Assembly (NCBI GenBank): GCA_041500125.1 | Contig: JBGQLP010000013.1 | Coordinates: 516-64,515 of the forward strand | Direction of reading: 5' to 3' | Origin: Gemmatimonadota bacterium | Lineage (GTDB): Bacteria > Gemmatimonadota > Gemmatimonadetes > Gemmatimonadales > GWC2-71-9 | DNA length: 64,000 nt | Shown: piece by piece, positions 17,201-27,446 of the stretch | Layout: every line of letters begins with the position of its first letter | Position numbering within the stretch: the first letter of the stretch is position 1 | The notes under the pieces: generated by a model | Database searches by the model: none | The model's input: the letters and a program-made list of their open reading frames with translations, nothing else | What the model was told of the DNA's origin: nothing | Position numbers and translations under genes: made by a program

Positions 17201-18253
17201 ATGTTCCGCAGCCGCTCCATTCCGTTGTTCGTGCTCTCGGCCCTGATCCCGCTTGTGGCGGCATGCCGCTCGGATCGGTCCAAGACCACTTCCGAATCGT
17301 CCGGGGCTTCTACCCCGATCGTCTCGGCAGCCTCGACCACCGGCTCGAGCGAGACCACCGGCAGTGTTTCGACTGTTACCCCAGTGTCGTACGAGCAAGC
17401 CGAGACCGCCTTTGGCGCCGGGCACTACCCCGAAGCCACTCAGCTCTTCACGTCCTACACCGACAGCAACCCCGAGAATCCATGGGGGTACTACATGCTT
17501 GGTCTCTCGGCCTGGAGAACTGGTGACCGCGAGACGGCCGCGGGCGCCTTCGATCGGGCCCTCCAACTGGATCCGAGTCATCGCAAGAGCCTGTTCAACT
17601 CCAGCCGCGTTCTGCTCGAGCTGGGGCAGCCCCAGGAAGCCCTCGAGCGGATCGAGAAGGCACTCACCCTGGAGCCGATGTCCAATGAAGGTCTGCGCCT
17701 GTTGGGTCGCGCCCGGTATCAGCTCGGTCAGGTGGACGAGGCGGTCGCAGCCTATCAGCGCGCCCTGGGGCTGGATGATCGGGATGTGTGGTCGATGAAC
17801 AATCTCGGCTTGATCTACATCGAGCAGGGCCGGAGCAGCGAGGCGCTACCTCCGCTCGCGCGGGCAGTCGAGCTCCGGAGCAACGCCCCGGTGTTCCAGA
17901 ACAATCTGGGGATGGCGCTGGAGCGCTCCGGCCATCCGGCGGCCGCGGCCAAGGCTTATGAAGCAGCTATCGCCCTGGATAGTGCGTACCGGAAGGCCTC
18001 GATTAGTCTGGCCCGGATCACTGCCGGGACTCCGGAGCCCGATTCAGCCTCAGTGGATCTGACCGCGCTCGCTCAACAGTTCCAGAGCGAGATCGAAGGG
18101 TGGCGTGGATCCGCCGAGTCTCGTGATTCGACCGCAGTACCGGCCGGCACAGTGACCGACTCGAGCAAGGTCGGGATCGTGGGACTGAGCGATTCGTCGG
18201 TCGCGTCGGTTGAAGCGGTGAGCGATACGTCAGAGGATTGCGAGCAGGAGTAG
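17201..18253 (+). CDS. TPR-repeat lipoprotein
   Basis: MFRSRSIPLFVLSALIPLVAAC (lipobox), Ser/Thr-rich linker, then about 6 TPR-like repeats (AFDRALQLDPSH..., YQRALGLDDRD..., YEAAIALDSAY...), and an acidic tail. Confidence 0.8.
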   Translation: MFRSRSIPLFVLSALIPLVAACRSDRSKTTSESSGASTPIVSAASTTGSSETTGSVSTVTPVSYEQAETAFGAGHYPEATQLFTSYTDSNPENPWGYYMLGLSAWRTGDRETAAGAFDRALQLDPSHRKSLFNSSRVLLELGQPQEALERIEKALTLEPMSNEGLRLLGRARYQLGQVDEAVAAYQRALGLDDRDVWSMNNLGLIYIEQGRSSEALPPLARAVELRSNAPVFQNNLGMALERSGHPAAAAKAYEAAIALDSAYRKASISLARITAGTPEPDSASVDLTALAQQFQSEIEGWRGSAESRDSTAVPAGTVTDSSKVGIVGLSDSSVASVEAVSDTSEDCEQE

Positions 18254-18260
18254 GGCTGTG

Positions 18261-18312
18261 GGCTATGAGCTATGGGCTCTTTATCCAACGGAGCAGCCAA
18301 TAGCTCATAGCC
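18261..18312. terminator. Hairpin between convergent genes (candidate bidirectional terminator)
   Basis: GGCTATGAGCTATGGGC (18261-18277) pairs with GCCAATAGCTCATAGCC (18296-18312): 17-nt arms with 1 mismatch. It fills the 60-nt gap between the stops at 18253 and 18314. Confidence 0.5.
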
Positions 18313-18313
18313 T

Positions 18314-18544
18314 CTAGCCATCTTCCGGAGGCGCGGCCTCGTCCAGTACCCGCCGCAGCTCTCGCTCCTCCTGGCTGGTGAGGGGCGGTGCGCCTGGAGC
18401 TTGAGACTGCAGCAGGGCTCCAAGAAAGACGCCGTAGTCGAGCTTGGCGCAAGCGGCGCACAGGTCTCGAGCATAGGACTTCTCGCCCACATGCTGGGTC
18501 TGAAAGATCTCAGCCTCTCGTTCACCGCACCGTTGACACAGCAT
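18314..18544 (-). CDS. Small zinc-ribbon protein (2x CxxC), McsA-N-terminus-like
   Basis: MLCQRCGEREAEIFQTQHVGEKSYARDLCAACAK resembles the N-terminal zinc-finger pattern remembered for McsA/UvrB-C-motif proteins. AGGAG lies 5 nt upstream of ATG 18544. Alternative TTG at 18598 forms a TTGA overlap with the upstream gene. Confidence 0.5.
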   Translation of the reverse strand: MLCQRCGEREAEIFQTQHVGEKSYARDLCAACAKLDYGVFLGALLQSQAPGAPPLTSQEERELRRVLDEAAPPEDG

Positions 18545-18594
18545 GCTGCTCCTGTAGTCAGAATTGGCAAGACCGATCCGCTCGGGCCTCGAGC

Positions 18595-18975
18595 TCAAGG
18601 CGTACGCGACCTTCCGAAGATGAAGGACCCATAGCCGACCATGAGGAACCCGTAGATAGCCACCGTGGACCAGCCAAGACGGTTTACTACATCCCAGAAC
18701 TGTCCAGTCAGCGCGACGACAAAGCCAACCAGCGAGCCGATGAACGAGCCCAGCACCACTCCGCGTTGAGTTCGGGGGTCACCCACATCACGAATGAGGA
18801 ACAGCACCAGCCCGACTTGCAGCAGAGCGGCTCCGAAGAACCGAGACATCAGGACGATGGCCGGGTCGGGCGCCACGCCGTAGAGCCGGAGGGTGGCTTG
18901 AGGAAAGAGGACGAACGCGAGACCGAATATGAGACCGAGCAAACCGCCGATGAGAAGGAGAGTGCGGAGCCGCAT
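18595..18975 (-). CDS. Hypothetical integral membrane protein (about 4 TM)
   Basis: MRLRTLLLIGGLLGLIFGLAFVLFP...FFGAALLQVGLVLFLI...VLGSFIGSLVGFVVAL...VAIYGFLMVGYGSFIF. Confidence 0.7.
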   Translation of the reverse strand: MRLRTLLLIGGLLGLIFGLAFVLFPQATLRLYGVAPDPAIVLMSRFFGAALLQVGLVLFLIRDVGDPRTQRGVVLGSFIGSLVGFVVALTGQFWDVVNRLGWSTVAIYGFLMVGYGSFIFGRSRTP

Positions 18976-19182
18976 GAGTGTCTCCTTGCCGGAGAGGGCC
19001 TTCGGAAGCGTCGCCGAGCGGGTCGTGATGTCCTACAGTATAAGCCCTCCCGGCGCCTCGGCAGAGAGGGTGACTGCGGTCACATCCTCGCCAACTCTCT
19101 GGGGCGTACCCTCGGACCCGGGAACCGTCGTCCTGCCCCGATCCTTCCGTAATATCCGCGCAGGCGAACACCACGCGATGGA

Positions 19183-20067
19183 ATGGAGAAACCCCTGATG
19201 ACCACGTCAAAAACGATGTACATCCCCGCTGACGCCGCCAGCACTATCACGCTGGGTGGCGATCTGACGGTAAACCGCATGGGGTTCGGGGCTATGCGGC
19301 TCACCGGCCCAGGAATATGGGGGCCACCAAAGGATCGAGCCCAGGCCATTCGGGTGTTGCAACGCGCCGTGGAGCTCGGCGTGAACTTCTTCGACACGGC
19401 GGATTCCTACGGCCCCCATATCGCGGAGGAGCTCATTGCCGAGGCGCTGTACCCCTACCCCGGCCTCGTCATTGCGACCAAAGCCGGCTTGGAGCGGCCC
19501 GGCCCGGACAAATGGGTGGAGAACGGCCGGCCCGAATACCTCCGCCGGCAGTTGGAGGGGAGTCTCCGGCGCCTGAAGTTGGAGCGGATCGATCTGTGGC
19601 AGCTGCATCGCATCGATCCCAAGGTGCCGGCACAAGAGCAGTTCGAAGCGGCCCGGGAATTTCAGCGGGAGGGCCTCGTTCGGCACGTCGGGCTGTCGGA
19701 AGTGTCCGTGGACGACGTCGAGCGCGCCCGCCGGGTGCTGCCGATCGTCTCGGTGCAGAACCGCTATAACGTGACCGATCGCAAATGGGACCACGAGGTG
19801 GACTACTGTGAGCGTGAAGGGATGGCCTTCATCCCCTGGTTCCCGCTGTCAGCCGGCTCATTGGATGCAGCTCCACTGCACCGGGTCGCGCAGCGTCATG
19901 GGGCCACGGTATTCCAGATCGCGCTGGCGTGGCTACTGGCTCGCTCGCCTGCCATGCTGGTCATCCCCGGAACATCATCGGTGGACCATCTGGAGGAGAA
20001 CGTGGCGGCGGCAGAGATCCAGCTTACCGTGCGCGATATAGAGGAGCTTGAGAGCCTGGCCAAGTAA
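19183..20067 (+). CDS. Aldo/keto reductase
   Basis: MGFGAMRLTGPGIWGPP...GVNFFDTADSYGP...IDLWQLHRIDP...VGLSEVS...VQNRYN. The start may be an internal ATG (19198). Confidence 0.9.
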   Translation: MEKPLMTTSKTMYIPADAASTITLGGDLTVNRMGFGAMRLTGPGIWGPPKDRAQAIRVLQRAVELGVNFFDTADSYGPHIAEELIAEALYPYPGLVIATKAGLERPGPDKWVENGRPEYLRRQLEGSLRRLKLERIDLWQLHRIDPKVPAQEQFEAAREFQREGLVRHVGLSEVSVDDVERARRVLPIVSVQNRYNVTDRKWDHEVDYCEREGMAFIPWFPLSAGSLDAAPLHRVAQRHGATVFQIALAWLLARSPAMLVIPGTSSVDHLEENVAAAEIQLTVRDIEELESLAK

Positions 20068-20093
20068 CGTGGGGGCGACTGTATATTGCCTCC

Positions 20094-22730
20094 ATGTCCC
20101 TGGTCAGCCATGACAGCGCCACGCCGACCCCGCCGATGCTCAAGCACTGGCGGGAAATGAAGGCGCAGCACCGGGACGCCATTCTCTTCTACCGGGTGGG
20201 CGACTTCTACGAGATGTTCCACGAGGACGCCCACCTCGCCGCCAAGATCCTCGACATTGCTCTGACCTCCCGCGGAGATGGCGTGCCCCTCGCGGGAGTG
20301 CCGGTCAAGGCCGCCGCCGAGTATCTCCGCCAGCTCGTCGGAGCCGGCCATCGGGTGGCCATCTGCGAACAGGTGGAAGATCCCAAGGCCGCCCGCGGGC
20401 TGGTTCGGCGCGAAGTGGTCGAGACGCTCACCCCCGGCGCCCTGCTTCAAGACGGTTGGGTCGCGGGCAGCAAGAACAATTGGATGGTGGCGGTGGGGCG
20501 GGGAGGCGGGGAGGTTGGACTTGCCGCGGTCGATTTGAGTACGGGTGAGTTTGTCTTAGAAACAACTGACGAGCAAGGGCTGGATGAGGCCGTATCACGT
20601 CTGGCTCCAGCCGAGATTGTTTCTGACGGCACTTCCCCGCTTCCCCGCCTCCCATCCGCCCAGGGGGCACCCGCCCCGCCGCTCACGACTCGTCGTGAGC
20701 ATTGGGAATTCGATCCCGATTTGGCCCGCGAGGAGCTGCCCCGCCGGTTCGGTCTCTCCTCCCTCGACGGGCTCGGCCTCGGACCGGGCGACGACCGCGC
20801 CGTCGGCGCCGCTGGGGCCTTGCTGCGCTACCTGACCGAGCTTCAGCCCGGTGGGCTGCCTCACCTTGCCCGTCCCGTGGTCCGGCGAGCCGACGCCTTC
20901 CTCTGGCTCGACGAAATGACCCGCCGCAACCTCGAGCTGGTCGAGCCGCTTCGCTCCGGCGCCCGGGGCTGCACCCTACTCGAGACCATCGACGCCACCG
21001 TGACCCCGATGGGCGCCCGCCTGCTCCGGCAGTGGCTGCTCTCGCCGCTCCGCGATCCTGCCGCCATCGATGCGCGGCTGGACGCGGTAGAAGTCGCCGT
21101 GCGCGACGGCCGCGGCCGGGATCGATTGCGCGAAGCTCTCGATGGCGTGCGCGACATCGAGCGGCTGGCCGGCCGCGCGGCGGCTGGCCGCGCCATTCCG
21201 CGAGAGCTGGGCTCTCTGCGTGACTCATTTCAGCGTCTTCCCGACGTCGCCGGCGCGTTGACGGCACTCGCCGCTTCGACGCTTCCCCATGGCGGAGGAA
21301 GCCGAGCGTTGGCGGAGGCGGCCGATCAGCTGGATCTGCTTTCCGATCTCTGCGCCGAACTGACTGCCGGGCTGGCCGACCGTCCGCCAGCCACCCTGAG
21401 CGATGGCGAGGTGATTCGGCCGGGCTACGACTCGGAGCTGGACGAGCTCCGCTCGCTCCGGGACGGCGGTCGCAAATACATCGCCTCGCTGCAGCAGCGG
21501 GAGCGGGAGCGGACCGGCATCTCCTCCCTCAAGGTCGGCTTCAATAAGGTGTTCGGCTACTACCTGGAGATCACCCACACCCACACTGCCCGGGTCCCCG
21601 CCGATTACGAGCGGCGGCAGACCCTCGCCACGGCGGAGCGATACGTCACCCCCGAGCTCAAGGACTACGAGGCTCGGGTACTCGGCGCCGAGGAGCGCAT
21701 CGGGGTTCGCGAGGCTGAGCTATTTGGGGCGCTGAGGGCGATCGTGGGCCAGGCCATCGGCCGCATTCAGCGCACGGCCAGAGTGTTGGCCCGACTGGAT
21801 GTCTGGACCGGCCTGGCCGATTGCGCGGTGGCGGCCCGCTACGTGCGGCCCCAGGTCAGCTCCGGTTTCGACCTGGTGCTACGGGAAAGCCGGCACCCCG
21901 TGATCGAGCGGATGATGCCGCGGGAGTCGTTCATCCCCAACGACGCCCGGTTCACCGACGCCGAGCGGGTCGCGTTGGTCACTGGTCCCAACATGGCGGG
22001 CAAGTCGACCATTCTTCGCCAGATCGGCCTGTGTGTGGTGCTGGGACAGATGGGGTCGTTCGTGCCCGCGGCCGAGGCCTCGATCGGAGCGGTGGACCGG
22101 CTGTTCACCCGGGTCGGCGCCAGCGACAATCTCGCCGGGGGGCAGTCGACCTTCATGGTGGAGATGAGCGAAACGAGCGCGATCCTGCACAATGCCACCC
22201 CGCGGAGCCTGGTCCTCCTGGATGAGATCGGCCGCGGCACCTCGACCTACGACGGCGTGGCCATCGCCTGGGCGGTGACCGAGCACCTGCACGATCGAGT
22301 GGGATGCAAGACGATGTTCGCCACTCACTACCACGAGCTGATGCAGTTGCCCGAGCGGCTCCAGCATGCGCGGAACTACAACGTGGCGGTGCGGGAAGCC
22401 GGGGACACGGTCGTTTTTTTGCATCGACTCGAGCCCGGGGGAACCGATCGATCGTACGGGATCCACGTGGGTCAGCTCGCCGGCCTGCCCGGTCAGGTGG
22501 TCGCCCGAGCCCGCGAGATCCTGGCCACTCTGGAGGGCGAGCACCGCATGGTGCCGGGGCCGCCGCCGTCCGCGTCCCGCGATCCCGGGCAACTAGCGCT
22601 CTTTGGCGACTCCCAGCGGCCGGATCCCATGATGGAGGAGCTGAAGCTGCTCGACGTGAACACGCTGACGCCACTGGAGGCGCTCAACCGGCTGGCCGAC
22701 TTCCAGCGTCGAGCGGGGGAGCGGAAGTGA
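20094..22730 (+). CDS. mutS: DNA mismatch repair protein MutS
   Basis: N-terminal TPMLKHWREMKAQHRDAILFYRVGDFYEMF, Walker A GPNMAGKSTILRQ, STFMVEMSET, DEIGRGTSTYDG. Confidence 0.95.
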   Translation: MSLVSHDSATPTPPMLKHWREMKAQHRDAILFYRVGDFYEMFHEDAHLAAKILDIALTSRGDGVPLAGVPVKAAAEYLRQLVGAGHRVAICEQVEDPKAARGLVRREVVETLTPGALLQDGWVAGSKNNWMVAVGRGGGEVGLAAVDLSTGEFVLETTDEQGLDEAVSRLAPAEIVSDGTSPLPRLPSAQGAPAPPLTTRREHWEFDPDLAREELPRRFGLSSLDGLGLGPGDDRAVGAAGALLRYLTELQPGGLPHLARPVVRRADAFLWLDEMTRRNLELVEPLRSGARGCTLLETIDATVTPMGARLLRQWLLSPLRDPAAIDARLDAVEVAVRDGRGRDRLREALDGVRDIERLAGRAAAGRAIPRELGSLRDSFQRLPDVAGALTALAASTLPHGGGSRALAEAADQLDLLSDLCAELTAGLADRPPATLSDGEVIRPGYDSELDELRSLRDGGRKYIASLQQRERERTGISSLKVGFNKVFGYYLEITHTHTARVPADYERRQTLATAERYVTPELKDYEARVLGAEERIGVREAELFGALRAIVGQAIGRIQRTARVLARLDVWTGLADCAVAARYVRPQVSSGFDLVLRESRHPVIERMMPRESFIPNDARFTDAERVALVTGPNMAGKSTILRQIGLCVVLGQMGSFVPAAEASIGAVDRLFTRVGASDNLAGGQSTFMVEMSETSAILHNATPRSLVLLDEIGRGTSTYDGVAIAWAVTEHLHDRVGCKTMFATHYHELMQLPERLQHARNYNVAVREAGDTVVFLHRLEPGGTDRSYGIHVGQLAGLPGQVVARAREILATLEGEHRMVPGPPPSASRDPGQLALFGDSQRPDPMMEELKLLDVNTLTPLEALNRLADFQRRAGERK

Positions 22731-23137
22731 CTCGGCTGTTGTCACTCGCGGCCTGGGCACTGCTCGCATGCAGCCGAAAGGACGACGGGACCGTGAGACT
22801 GGTAGATCACACCCCAGCGCCGCCTAGCCCTCCGGCTGAGGAGCCTCCCGTCGCCATCAACCCGGTTTCTCCGGTGCGCTACCCGCCAGCGCTGCTGGCT
22901 CAGGGCATTGAAGGCCGGGTCCTGCTGCGGCTCTTCGTCGACTCCGCCGGCAACGTGATTCCCGACTCCACCCGGATCGCGGAATCGAGCGGCTACCCGG
23001 CGCTCGACTCCGCGGCGCTGGTGGGATCGCCCGACCTGCGATTCTCCCCGGCCCTGCACCAGGGCAGGCCCATTGCGGCTCCATTCCTTCAGCCGGTGCA
23101 GTTTCGTAGTCCTCGCTCCGGGACCGGAACCCCATGA
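22727..23137 (+). CDS. TonB C-terminal-domain lipoprotein
   Basis: GTG 22727 (GTGA overlap with the mutS stop) gives VTRLLSLAAWALLAC (lipobox), a Pro-rich spacer, then PVRYPPALLAQGIEGRVLLRLFVDSAGNV...SSGYPALDSAAL (TonB_C pattern). The longer track ORF from 22304 lies inside mutS. Confidence 0.7.
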   Translation: MTRLLSLAAWALLACSRKDDGTVRLVDHTPAPPSPPAEEPPVAINPVSPVRYPPALLAQGIEGRVLLRLFVDSAGNVIPDSTRIAESSGYPALDSAALVGSPDLRFSPALHQGRPIAAPFLQPVQFRSPRSGTGTP

Positions 23138-24525
23138 GATCGCCGCAGCACCTCCAGCCCTATGAGTCGGTACTCGACACCATCGGGTGGACTCCGCTCA
23201 TCCGGTTGGCCCGAGTGGGCTCCGGCATTCGAACCCCCATCTACGGCAAGGCCGAGTACGTGAATCCGGGTGGCTCGGTGAAGGACCGAATCGGCCTGGC
23301 CATCATCGAAGACGCGGAACGGCGCGGCGAGCTGCGGCCGGGCGGCACCATCGTGGAGGGAACCAGTGGAAACACCGGCGTGGGGCTCGCGATCGCCGCC
23401 GCGCTCAAGGGCTACCGCTGCGTGTTCACCATGCCGGACAAGATGTCGCAGGAGAAGGTCCGGCTGCTCAAGGCGTTTGGGGCCGAGGTGGTGATTACTC
23501 CGACGGCGGTTCCTCCCGACCATCCCGACAACTATGTGATGAAGGCCAAGCAGATCGCCAAGGAGACGCCGGGGGCCATCCTGGCCAACCAGTTCTACAA
23601 CGAGATCAACCCCGAGGCCCATTATGCCACCACCGGCCCCGAGATCTGGGAGCAGACTAAGGGGAAGGTGACCCACCTGATCGCCGGGGCCGGCACCGGC
23701 GGTACCGTGAGCGGGGCCGGCAAGTACCTGAAGGAAAAGAATCCCAAGATCCGAATCATAGCCGGTGACCCGATCGGCTCACTCTACACTCACTACCACC
23801 GCAGCCGTACCATGGGCGAGGGCCACCCCTACAAGGTGGAGGGGATTGGTGGCGACAAGATCCCCAGCACGATCTGGTTCGATTGGATCGACGAGTTCCG
23901 CCAGGTCTCCGACCGCAACTCGCTGGTGATGGCGAGGCGATTGGCGCGGGAGGAAGGCATCCTCGCCGGCGGCTCGACCGGGTTGAATGTGGCCCTGGCC
24001 ATCGAGGTGGCACGGGAGCTCGACGATCCGGCGGCGCTGGTGGTCACGATTCTCTGTGACACGGGCGAGCGCTACCTCTCCAAGGTCTTCAACGACGAAT
24101 GGATGCAAGAGAACCAGATGCTCGAGGCGCCGAGGACCACAGTCGCCGAGCTGCTGGAGCGGCGGCATCCCACGGCGCCTCCGCTGGTGAGTGTTGCCCC
24201 GGCAGCCGCCGTGCGTCAGGCGCTCAACCTCATGAGCACCTGGGGGGTGAGCCAGATCCCGGTGGTCGAAGAGGGCCGGTCGGTCGGCGGACTGGTCGAG
24301 GCAACCCTGATGACCAAGGCGCTGGCTCAGCCCTCACTGCTCGACCGCCCCGTCCGCGAGGTCATGGAGTCCCCCTTCCCCGAAGTCGACGCCACCTGCT
24401 CCACCGATCGCCTGGGCGCCATGCTCACTCGCGAAAGCCCGGCCGCCCTGGTTCGCAAGGACGGTAAGCTGATCGGGATCGTGAGCCGCTACGATGTCCT
24501 ACAGCAACTCATCGGCACCCGGTGA
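23134..24525 (+). CDS. Cystathionine beta-synthase (PLP cysteine-synthase fold + tandem CBS domains)
   Basis: NPGGSVKDRIGLAII...EGTSGNTGVGLA...AGAGTGGTVSG..., then two CBS-type repeats at the C-terminus. ATGA overlap with the upstream gene. Confidence 0.9.
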   Translation: MRSPQHLQPYESVLDTIGWTPLIRLARVGSGIRTPIYGKAEYVNPGGSVKDRIGLAIIEDAERRGELRPGGTIVEGTSGNTGVGLAIAAALKGYRCVFTMPDKMSQEKVRLLKAFGAEVVITPTAVPPDHPDNYVMKAKQIAKETPGAILANQFYNEINPEAHYATTGPEIWEQTKGKVTHLIAGAGTGGTVSGAGKYLKEKNPKIRIIAGDPIGSLYTHYHRSRTMGEGHPYKVEGIGGDKIPSTIWFDWIDEFRQVSDRNSLVMARRLAREEGILAGGSTGLNVALAIEVARELDDPAALVVTILCDTGERYLSKVFNDEWMQENQMLEAPRTTVAELLERRHPTAPPLVSVAPAAAVRQALNLMSTWGVSQIPVVEEGRSVGGLVEATLMTKALAQPSLLDRPVREVMESPFPEVDATCSTDRLGAMLTRESPAALVRKDGKLIGIVSRYDVLQQLIGTR

Positions 24526-24568
24526 CCGCTCCTCAGGTTGCATCTGGACTCCTTCATGAGAATTCTCG

Positions 24569-25588
24569 ATGCGGGTAACAGTATTGACCGGAGGTACTTC
24601 AACGGAACGCGACGTGGCGCTCGCTTCCGCGGTGCAGGTCATCGGGGCGCTGCGGTCGCGCGGCCACGAAGTTGCGGTCGTGGACACCGCCCGGGGCTAT
24701 ATCCCAGAGTCGGATGAGCCCGCCCTGCTTTCCAGCGGCGTCGGCACCGAGCCGCCTTCCATCGCCCGGCTGCACCTGCTCGAGCAGGGACTCCTCCTCT
24801 CCGGTCTGGCTAACCTCGCGGTGGTCCGAGACGCGGACGTGCTGTTTCTTGCACTACACGGTGGTCGGGGGGAAGACGGCACCATCCAGACACTGCTGGA
24901 GATGGTCGGTGTCCCCTACACCGGCAGTGGCCGGCTCGGCAGCGCAATGGCGATGGACAAGGACATCTCCAAACGGCTCTTCCGCGCCGCCGGCGTCCCA
25001 ACCGCCGATTGGGTGATGGCCCCCGCAGCCCAGAAGCAGGTCGAGCGCGATTTTGGGTGGCCGGTGGTGGTGAAGCCCTCGAAGCAGGGCTCGACCGTCG
25101 GGCTCTCGGTGGTGAAGGGCCCCCGGGAATACGAGCCGGCGGTGAGCCTGGCCCGGCAGTACGATGACGAGGTCATGATCGAGCGGTTCGTCCCGGGACG
25201 TGAATTGACCGTAGGGGTGTTGGAGGGGCGGGCGCTAGCGGTGGGAGAGATCATCCCCCGGCACGAGATTTTCGACTACGAGTGCAAGTATACTCCCGGC
25301 ATGTCACAAGAGATCTTCCCGGCGGACCTTCCGCCTGATGTCGCGGCCGATTGCGGGCGTTTTAGCCTGCTGGCCCATGAGGCGCTGAAGCTGGGGGGGT
25401 ATTCCCGGGTGGATTTTCGCTTGACACCGGCGGGGGAACTCTTCTGTTTAGAGGTAAACACGCTGCCCGGCATGACCGCCACCAGCCTCCTGCCCCAGGC
25501 TGCCCGGGCAGTCGGCATCGAGTTCCCCGAGCTCTGCGAACGGATTTGTCGAGCCGCCCGGCGCGGCCGAGTCGAAGACGCCTCGTAA
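24569..25588 (+). CDS. ddl: D-alanine--D-alanine ligase
   Basis: MRVTVLTGGTSTERDVALASA...FLALHGGRGEDGTIQTLLEMVGVPYTGSG...VVKPSKQGSTVG...EVNTLPGMT. Confidence 0.9.
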   Translation: MRVTVLTGGTSTERDVALASAVQVIGALRSRGHEVAVVDTARGYIPESDEPALLSSGVGTEPPSIARLHLLEQGLLLSGLANLAVVRDADVLFLALHGGRGEDGTIQTLLEMVGVPYTGSGRLGSAMAMDKDISKRLFRAAGVPTADWVMAPAAQKQVERDFGWPVVVKPSKQGSTVGLSVVKGPREYEPAVSLARQYDDEVMIERFVPGRELTVGVLEGRALAVGEIIPRHEIFDYECKYTPGMSQEIFPADLPPDVAADCGRFSLLAHEALKLGGYSRVDFRLTPAGELFCLEVNTLPGMTATSLLPQAARAVGIEFPELCERICRAARRGRVEDAS

Positions 25589-25619
25589 TTGGGATCTCAG
25601 AGTCAAAGGCATTTGTCTG

Positions 25620-26456
25620 ATGAAATCCTCTCCTTCGTATCGCATAACCCCCTGGGTGGGCCGCCTCATCATCGCCAACGCGGTGGTGCTGCTGCTGCTC
25701 ATGACCCTGTTCCCTTCGCGCGACGTCTTCCAGGCACTGCAATTCTCGCCCCGTACGGCGCTGATCCGGCCATGGACCTTCGTCAGCTACATGTTCCTCC
25801 ATGCCAATCTGCTGCACTTGCTGGGCAACATGCTGATGCTGTTCGTGTTCGGCACCGCCGTAGAGAGCCGGATGGGAAGCCGCAATTTTCTGATGTACTA
25901 CTTCTTCTGTGGTGTCGGGGCCGCGGTCTTTTCCCTGCTGCTGGCTGGCGTCATGCCGGTCGGCGCGTTCGTCGGTGCGTCGGGTGCCGTGCTGGGCGTG
26001 GCGGTGGCGTTTGCCACCTTCTGGCCTGATGCCGAACTCATCATTTTCCCCCTTCCCATCCCCATCAAGGCCCGCACCTTGGTCATCGGGCTGGTGGCAC
26101 TCGATTTCATCGGCTCACGGCTCTGGCCTAACGATGGCATCGCGCACATTGCCCACATTGGCGGCGCGCTGTTCGGCTATCTCTTCTTCCGGGTGCAATC
26201 GCTTTCCCGCCGGAGTCCCGCCCAACCGCCTCGCCCAGTCGAGCGGGTGGTGATGGTGCAGTCAGGCTCCTCCGAGCCGGAGCGGCGCACCCCGGTCACG
26301 CCCATGCGCCCGCGCCGGCGGATCGACTCCGACCCGGTGGCGGTCGAGGTTGACCGGGTGCTCGACAAGATCAGCGAGAAGGGGCTCTCCAGCCTCACCG
26401 CTGCCGAACGGCGATTCCTGGATGAGGTGGCCAAGAAGAAGAAGCACGATCACTAG
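25620..26456 (+). CDS. Rhomboid-family intramembrane serine protease
   Basis: Six or more TM helices, FLHANLLHLLGNM, catalytic GASGAVLGV and HIAHIGGALFGY. Confidence 0.85.
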   Translation: MKSSPSYRITPWVGRLIIANAVVLLLLMTLFPSRDVFQALQFSPRTALIRPWTFVSYMFLHANLLHLLGNMLMLFVFGTAVESRMGSRNFLMYYFFCGVGAAVFSLLLAGVMPVGAFVGASGAVLGVAVAFATFWPDAELIIFPLPIPIKARTLVIGLVALDFIGSRLWPNDGIAHIAHIGGALFGYLFFRVQSLSRRSPAQPPRPVERVVMVQSGSSEPERRTPVTPMRPRRRIDSDPVAVEVDRVLDKISEKGLSSLTAAERRFLDEVAKKKKHDH

Positions 26457-26495
26457 GTCTCTTGCGTCTCCGCACGCGGCTTCGTATCCTCTCGC

Positions 26496-27440
26496 GTGCT
26501 GATAAACCTCCTCCCGGACTTCTTTGCGGTGCTCGAGGCCGCTGATCGGGAAGCCGCCTATCGTCAGTACCGCGAAAGTCATCGTCCGATTCTCGACGCC
26601 TACTGGCGTAACTACGTTCTCGATCCCGACACTCCCCACGCCGACAGCATAGTCTCCTCCACCCTCAAGGCCGATCGCAGCGACCTCTACGGACTAGCCG
26701 CCACTACCGACGTGGTGCAGCTCGCCGAGGAGGCCATCGCGCGTGCCGAAGAGCTGCTCGGCATCGACCGGCCCACCGACACCTACCTGATGGTGGGACT
26801 GGGCGGAGCGAATGCGGGAGAACTGGTCGTCGGCGGGCGCGGAGTCGCGTTTATCTGCCTGGAACATTTTACCGGCCGGGTCAATCCGGATACCTACGGG
26901 ATGGGCCTTCCGCCCGATCTCATCCCGGTCTGGATCGCCCACGAGCTGGCGCACATCGTTCGCTACACCTCGCCTACCAGTGCCAGCGACATGCGCCGCC
27001 TGGTCGCCGACAGCGGCGGCTACTACGACTACTGGGCCACGGGCAGCCGCGCCACGCTGCGGGAGCTTTTGGTCAACGAGGGACTCGCCGTGCACGCCGC
27101 CCAGGGTGTGGCCCCGGGATTCGACCCGGCTGATTATTTCGGCTACCCTCGCCGTCAGTATCACCGGCTGCGCGAGATGGAATCGTTCCTCCGCCGGGCC
27201 GTCGAGCCTGATCTCGAACGGAGCGGCCTGGGCCTTCGCCTCCGCTATCTCTCCGGAGGTATGAGCCCCTCGGCCCGACTGGTGGCCGGCCGGGTGATCC
27301 CCGAGCGCGCCGGCTATTACCTGGGACATCGCATGACCGAGGCGTTGGTGAGTGAACGCGGACTGGCCGAGGCGCTTCGTGCCGGAGCGCCGGATTTCCA
27401 GGCGGCGGAAGACGTGGCGAGAGGGATTCAAACGGCGTAG
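26496..27440 (+). CDS. Predicted Zn-dependent protease-like protein (DUF2268-like; family assignment from memory)
   Basis: 314-aa ORF with HExxH (WIAHELAHIVRY); otherwise uncharacterised. Confidence 0.55.
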   Translation: MLINLLPDFFAVLEAADREAAYRQYRESHRPILDAYWRNYVLDPDTPHADSIVSSTLKADRSDLYGLAATTDVVQLAEEAIARAEELLGIDRPTDTYLMVGLGGANAGELVVGGRGVAFICLEHFTGRVNPDTYGMGLPPDLIPVWIAHELAHIVRYTSPTSASDMRRLVADSGGYYDYWATGSRATLRELLVNEGLAVHAAQGVAPGFDPADYFGYPRRQYHRLREMESFLRRAVEPDLERSGLGLRLRYLSGGMSPSARLVAGRVIPERAGYYLGHRMTEALVSERGLAEALRAGAPDFQAAEDVARGIQTA

Positions 27441-27446
27441 TAAGAC

